A stretch of 64,000 nt of DNA from Eledone cirrhosa (lineage: Eukaryota), in contig OZ024759.1 of NCBI GenBank assembly GCA_964016885.1, positions 29,016,001 to 29,080,000 on the forward strand, in the 5' to 3' direction. The position numbers were made by a program, and so were the translations under genes. Under the pieces are notes generated by a model, which saw nothing but the letters and a program-made list of their open reading frames with translations, had not been told where the DNA came from and did not search any database. Below, piece by piece: positions 57,349 through 64,000 of this stretch. Position 1 is the first letter of the stretch; each line of letters begins with the position of its first letter.

Positions 57349-57500
57349 TGGCAGTATCGGTAGACAACAGGCTTTGCAGCACAGAGTTACGCCCCTTTCT
57401 GATCTGAGTTCAAATCCTGCCGAGGTTAACTTTGATAAAATAAAGTACCAGTAATACACTGGGATAATTGCAGGCCTTGTGCCAAAAATAGAAACAATTA
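57349..57500 (+). mobile_element. SINE family 1 (internally deleted)
   Basis: A-box, B-box and tail. Confidence 0.75.
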
Positions 57501-57943
57501 TTATTTCTGGCAATATTATAACAATATGACCCTCCCCAAATATATATATATCATCATCATGATCATCATCATCATCGTTTAACGTCTATCTTCCACGCTA
57601 GCATGGGTTTAGACTGGAATTTCCCACTTGAGGCAAGATTGGTTGTCTCGCTCGTATGGGACTGTCTGGCGGGTTTTCTATGGCTGGATGCCCTTCCTAA
57701 CACCAACCACGTTTACAGTCTGGACTGGGAGGTTTTTACCGTGTTACCTACACGGCCACATTACAGCGTGGACTGTGTGTGTGTGTGTTTTTTTTGTCGC
57801 GACACCTACACGACCTCATTTATTTAGGACTGGATGTTGTGGTACCAACATAACTGTACAGAGGAAGAGGTGGGGTAGTGAGGGGGGTATATTTGATTAA
57901 GAGGTGCCTACCGACTGTAGGTTTCACTTTGTACTTATATATA

Positions 57944-58142
57944 TTTGGGAGCCCCTACATGGACACACTAGAAGAGGAAGACCAAGGTTAACATATGTTG
58001 ATGCCCTAAGGACAGACACTGGTCTGTTGGAGATGCAGGATATGGCAGCGATAATGAGGGACAGAGACCGCTGGAGAGAACTCGTCCATGGATCTCGGGA
58101 ATTTTACCCGCCTTAGATAGATAGATAGATAGATAGATAGAT
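57944..58142 (+). mobile_element. RTE-clade LINE 3' end, second copy
   Basis: Nearly identical to 33850-34030; (AGAT)n tail. Confidence 0.8.
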
Positions 58143-59003
58143 ATATATATATATAATACATAAGCTGTTTTATAAATAATTATTGACATACCTTATAATA
58201 ATGCATATATGATATGATATAATTAATATGATATATATATATATATATTGTTATATTTGGGGAGGGTCATATCGTTATAATATTGCTAGAAATAATCATA
58301 AAACACACTCACAGTGAGTTTGTTTTATTATTTCTGGCAATATTATAACAATATTTATTACAACACACGATTTCATATCAAAACCTTGTAAAACTAGCTC
58401 TAGTTCTATGAAGCAAAACCACTCAATTTAAAGGGTTCCTATATCTATCTATCTATATAACCAAAGATTAATATGGTTCGTTGATTAATCAACGAATACA
58501 ATTTTACAATAGATTAGAAGCACTCGACAATATATATATATATAAATAAAGCCGTTACAAAGTCATGGTTGCACCATATTCAAACTTTTTTTCATATATG
58601 ACAATGGTTTCGATATCGATCAGCCCAAGTGCAACCCTAATAACCAAGACCCCCCTCCCCCTGTAACTGCTTTGAGTGCTTGAACCCCTCTAACTATTGT
58701 TACTCACATCTACAATATATATATGTGTGTGTGTGTATATATATATATTTGTGTATTGTGTGATGGTGGGTATTGTATGTATATATATATGTGTGTGTGT
58801 GTGAGTATATACACATACACACAGCTACACTCACTTTATCAACTATTGACACATATTTCACACATAAAATCAAAGAAAAAAAGTGGAGAATAAGGTGGTG
58901 GTGGTGGTGGTGGTGACAAGGCTGGGTGGACAAGTGAATGGTGATGGCAGGTACTTGAAAAGTTAAGATAGTCTTCCTTCTACAATATTTACATTACAAA
59001 CCC

Positions 59004-59099
<96 letters not shown>

Positions 59100-59140
59100 A
59101 TATTTATATGATTATAATGTATATGTATGTATAAACAAAG

Positions 59141-59223
<83 letters not shown>

Positions 59224-59642
59224 TATAATGTGTATGTATATTCACAAACACACACACATATATATATATATATATACACAGGTATATATATGTGTGTGTG
59301 TATAATTACATTATTTGATAAACTGGTGCTCTTAATAAAGGTTATCATATACAAGTGTATGATAACCTCTTTATTATTTCTTGAAAAAAAATCTTTTGTA
59401 GATAGCTGTCAATATATGTGAGGGAGTGGGGGGGGGGGGGGGGCAGGAAGGAACACCTTAGGGGGTGAGAATAGTGATGATGATGATGATGATGATGATG
59501 ATGGTTGTGGAGATTTTGATAATAATAGTAGTAGCAGTGGTGGTGGTGGGCTTGGAGTTGTGTGAAAAATAATTCAAATAGTGATGTAAGGCTTTTCTGA
59601 GTGTGTGTATGTGTGTGTGTGTGTGTATGTGTATACACACAC

Positions 59643-59678
<36 letters not shown>

Positions 59679-60067
59679 TACCCAGAACTGTTGCTATAGT
59701 AACAGCGGCTTCTTTCATTGTTATAAACCCCCCCCCCCCCCCCTCTACATATTGGTCACCTGACTGCTTCTTACTTCAGTTCAGGTGTATAAAGAGACCT
59801 GTGACATTGAGGTGACTGGCTCCTCAAGTGCATGATGGTGTGGGAGGGGGAGGTGGTGGTGGTGGTGAAGCAGATATAGCTAGGTTATACCAATTTCTGT
59901 ACACCCATGGTTAAATGTGTGTGTGTGTGTGTGTGTGTGTATGTATATATATATACATACAGGTGTGATATATATATTTATCACACCTGTGTGGGTTTAG
60001 TCGGCCTGCTATGAGGATGCAACTCACAGGGTGTTTTAAGCATAAGGACCTCATATATATAGAGAGA

Positions 60068-60243
60068 GGGAAATGTTTGACCCCGACGGCAGAGCTCAAG
60101 TAGTTTCGACGGAAATAACCGTCGAAACGTCTTGAGCTCTGGCGTCGGGGTCAAACATTTTCCTATTACCCACTCTGCTACCCTAAGTATTGAGTACTCT
60201 GGTGCGTTATGGTCCATCTGGTTCCTTACCACACTTCCTTCAT
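60068..60243. mobile_element. Fold-back PLE-like element, family A
   Basis: Arms ~60069-60111/60120-60163; tail with tattgagtac. Confidence 0.7.
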
Positions 60244-60244
60244 T

Positions 60245-60421
60245 GAATTGGCAGTATCAGTAGAGAGTCGGACGCCATGCTTTCCAGCATAGTTACGTCC
60301 CTTTACGGTCTGAGTTCAAACCCCGCCGAGGTTAACTTTGCCTTTCATCCTTACGGGGTCGATAAAATAAAGTACCTGTAATGTACTGGGTAATTGCTGG
60401 CCTTGTGCCAAAAGTAGAAAC

Positions 60422-60426
<5 letters not shown>
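60245..60426 (+). mobile_element. SINE family 1
   Basis: A and B boxes, core, tail. Confidence 0.85.
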
Positions 60427-60466
<40 letters not shown>

Positions 60467-60733
60467 AGTTTTAATATAGATGAGATTCTACAGGACTAGA
60501 ACTGTTTCATTCTTTAGAAATCATCAATATATATATGTATGTGTGTGTGTGTGTTGTTGAAGTGTGTATACATTTTTTGGGACTCCCTACATATATATAA
60601 AATATATTTTGAATGTGTACACACACACACGCACACACACATACACCTTCACGGCTGTAAGATATGTATGAGTGCAGATACACGTGTGTATGCAGACACA
60701 AATATCTAGACATTCACTGGTGTGTACATACAG

Positions 60734-60766
<33 letters not shown>

Positions 60767-60778
60767 CATACACGTGTG

Positions 60779-60820
<42 letters not shown>

Positions 60821-60823
60821 TTC

Positions 60824-60863
<40 letters not shown>

Positions 60864-61003
60864 GACACACGTGTATGTATAAAGAATGTGTCAGGTGAGC
60901 ATTTGAAGAAGAAAAAAGGTAGAAGACCATTTGTTTGAGTTGTAAAGCCGTTGAGAGGTGAACACGTACAGTTTTCAGTCCATTTCATTCCACAACTGTC
61001 ACA

Positions 61004-61165
61004 ATACAGTACATAGAACAGTGTGTGTGTATAAATGTATATATATGTGTGTTATATATATACACATACAGTACATAGAACAGTGTGTGTGTGTGTATAA
61101 ATGTATATATGTGTGTGTTATATATATACACATACAGTACATAGAACAGTGTGTATAAATATGTG

Positions 61166-61202
<37 letters not shown>

Positions 61203-61532
61203 CAGTACATAGAACTGTGTGTGTATAAGTATATATATATGTGTGTGTGTGTGTTATATACACATATACAGTACATAGAACAGTGTGTGTGTGTATAAAT
61301 ATATATATATGTGTGTGGGTGTGTGCTATATACACATATACAGTACATAGAACTGTGTGTGTGTGTATAAATATATATATATGTGTGTGGGTGTGTGCTA
61401 TATACACATATACAGTACATAGAACAGTGTGTGTGTGTATAAATATATATATATGTGTGTGGGTGTGTGCTATATACACATATACAGTACATAGAACTGT
61501 GTGTGTGTGTATAAATATATATATGTGTGTGT

Positions 61533-61566
<34 letters not shown>

Positions 61567-61600
61567 CAGTACATAGAACAGTGTGTGTGTGTTATATACA
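61004..61600. repeat. Minisatellite with tacagtacatagaac core, ~10 copies
   Basis: Direct reading. Confidence 0.85.
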
Positions 61601-61654
61601 TATACAAACACATAAAGGTAACCCACTTACCACCATCTCATCTATTCTATGTAC

Positions 61655-61724
<70 letters not shown>

Positions 61725-62134
61725 TATATTATAGACACACACAGTACATACATAGAATAGATGAGATGGTGGTAAGTGGGTTACTATTAAGTGTTTGTAT
61801 GTGTGTATATATATATATATACACACAAACAAGTGCACACACAATATATATACAGCCACGAATATGTAGATATTTGTGCCTGTATATCTAGGTGCTTATA
61901 TGTGTATAGATTTGTGTATATGTTTGTGTATGTCTATGTAAGTGTATATAAACGTATGTGTATGCAGTATATATTTATAAGTATAAGTGTGTGTATGTGT
62001 ATATATATATATATTTATATATGTGTGTGTGTGTTCCATCATTGTAGTGAGGCAGATGAAGTCACCTGCTATTATTTGTTTGTTGCTGTTCTTTTTATAT
62101 TTGTCTAGGTGAGTTTCTTTCTTTACCCACTGTT

Positions 62135-62204
<70 letters not shown>

Positions 62205-62299
62205 GAATTCTCTACCATATTGTTGCCATATCGATAATAGAGATAAATCTAATTTACTTTGGTTCCAAAATCTCCCTGTGTATGTATCTAAATGTGCGC

Positions 62300-62364
<65 letters not shown>

Positions 62365-62487
62365 GTAAAAAGAGTCAGGGCCCCAGCAGCTGAGCTCTGG
62401 CCGTTTCGACAGCTAGATCCGAACTAACCAATTATCGAGTACTCTGGTGCCTCATGGTCCACCTGGTATCTTACCACGCCTTCTTTG

Positions 62488-62527
<40 letters not shown>

Positions 62528-62534
62528 GTACATA

Positions 62535-62645
62535 TATATTTATTAAAATAACAGATTAAAGTTTAAGCAAAGAATCGCTGCTTTCACCCTTAACGGGATC
62601 TACTGAAACTCTTTGGATTTTGGTCTTCACATTTATTATTACTAT
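62535..62645. mobile_element. Family E element (variant hammerhead on minus, tail on plus)
   Basis: Minus strand agttt CAGTAGA tcccgttaagggt GAAA gca..tgc TT aaact, joined to the plus-strand tail ctctttggattttggtcttc. Confidence 0.65.
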
Positions 62646-63825
62646 ATATAGATGCGTGTGTGTGTGTAAACAGAAACAACAAACCAAATGGCACTGTAGA
62701 ATGAAGGAATGTATTATTTTCACGTTCGATGTAGTAAGAAAGGAGTCTTAACGTTTCAGATACTTGTCCTTCATCGGATAATAGTATGAGAAATATAACA
62801 TGAAATAGAAAGATGAGTGAGAAGAGGAACAAACAGAAAAAATACATACATATTCAATAAGGCCATTGATTGCCTTAACCCGTAAATGGAAGCACCCAGA
62901 ATACACCAACCCCACAAACAGCATTCCAGATTTTTGAAACCAGCCCTGGTCTACAGCGGCCACCAAATGTTGAAGACAGACATTATCAAACTGCAGCTGA
63001 CATATTGTGTCGTTTCTGTATAATATATACTTGGTTTGCTATAATTAGTTAAAAGACCCCTAATCCTTTATCATTTACTATTGTATTTTCACAGTAAAGG
63101 CATTACCTCGCCTATGAGATTTTGAAATTATTTATTTTGAGAACAATACCTTAACATAAGTATGAGAGGCCCAGTTATGTTGGTTTGAACAGAAAAAGGT
63201 GAGATAATTCTGGCCAGTTTAAATGCTAATGGGTTAATGGGGTTAAAATGGAAAAAAATGAAATCTGTAGCCCATATCTAGGAAGGTTTAGCTAGATTCT
63301 TATTTCATAGGTTTCTTGAGTGTTTTCTTCTCGTTTAATTCTATAAGAATCAGTTCAGTTGGGTGAAGTGGGGGAACCTGTACCAGGTAGTGAGGGTTGC
63401 ACCAAATAAATCTTGGAAATAAATACAACCTAAAATGTTTTAGTTATGTAAATAGAAGTGTAGTAGTGTGGTGTGGTGCAGTATGTGGAATATGTGTTGC
63501 TCAGTTCAGGAATTACACCTGTGACCTTATGGTTGAACCCAACAGACTAACCACTCTATTAGCACGCTAGATATTTTTATGAATTACTTCCCTTGTCACT
63601 GCATTATATATTAAGGGGAAATTACTTTATTGATGCCTTATGTTGTCTAGAGCGTGTTAAAGGTTAAACACCCCCAAAACACCTCCTTGTAGCAGGCCAG
63701 TTAAACCCACATAACTGAACTGTAAATTTGCATTTTATCAAGGACTACATTATCCAATACTTCCCCTTTCCGCGTTTTTTTTCAATCCTGAAGATTTTTA
63801 AAGGCAAACTGTATGATTTGTATGT

Positions 63826-64000
63826 GGAGGTGCGTGACCTAGTGTTAAGGGTATGGATTTATGATCATAATGTCGTGGGTTCAATTCCTGGACTGGGTTG
63901 TGTGTTGTGTTCTTGAGTAACACACTTCATTTCATGTTGCTCCATTATACTCAGTGGAAAATGAGTACCAGTAGTAGCTGGGAATTTAACCATGTGATGG
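63826..64000 (+). mobile_element. SINE family 2 (runs off the window)
   Basis: ggaggtgcgtgacctagtg head, ggttcaattcc B-box. Confidence 0.7.

Noticed and set aside
63826-63900. tRNA genes
   Set aside because: A/B boxes belong to SINE heads followed by SINE cores; no intact cloverleaf.

Overview
AT-rich, microsatellite-saturated eukaryotic DNA. The SINE families and (TA)n/(CA)n density suggest a cephalopod such as Octopus (inference). No host protein-coding gene is convincingly supported; nearly all ORFs in the track are simple-repeat artefacts. Recognisable elements are two or three tRNA-derived SINE families, CRE-clade and RTE-clade LINE fragments, hAT, Tc1 and piggyBac-like MITEs, a non-autonomous Helitron, and several tandem arrays (76, 31, 125, 69 and 190 bp). 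The main signal is a dense set of short fold-back (head-to-head inverted) elements embedded in (TA)n. They belong to at least six sequence families, and nearly all carry a type I hammerhead ribozyme motif (CUGANGA...GAAA...UH) or its 3' half, plus a shared GAGTRC-like motif near the 3' end. This fits Penelope-like (PLE) retroelement pseudo-LTR remnants. Notable details: the inversion point repeatedly falls in or next to the ribozyme, one arm is usually complete and the other truncated, one perfect 460-bp palindrome carries CCAAT/TATA motifs just upstream of the ribozyme, and some families have non-canonical cores (CAGAAGA; CCGAUGA with a long stem II).
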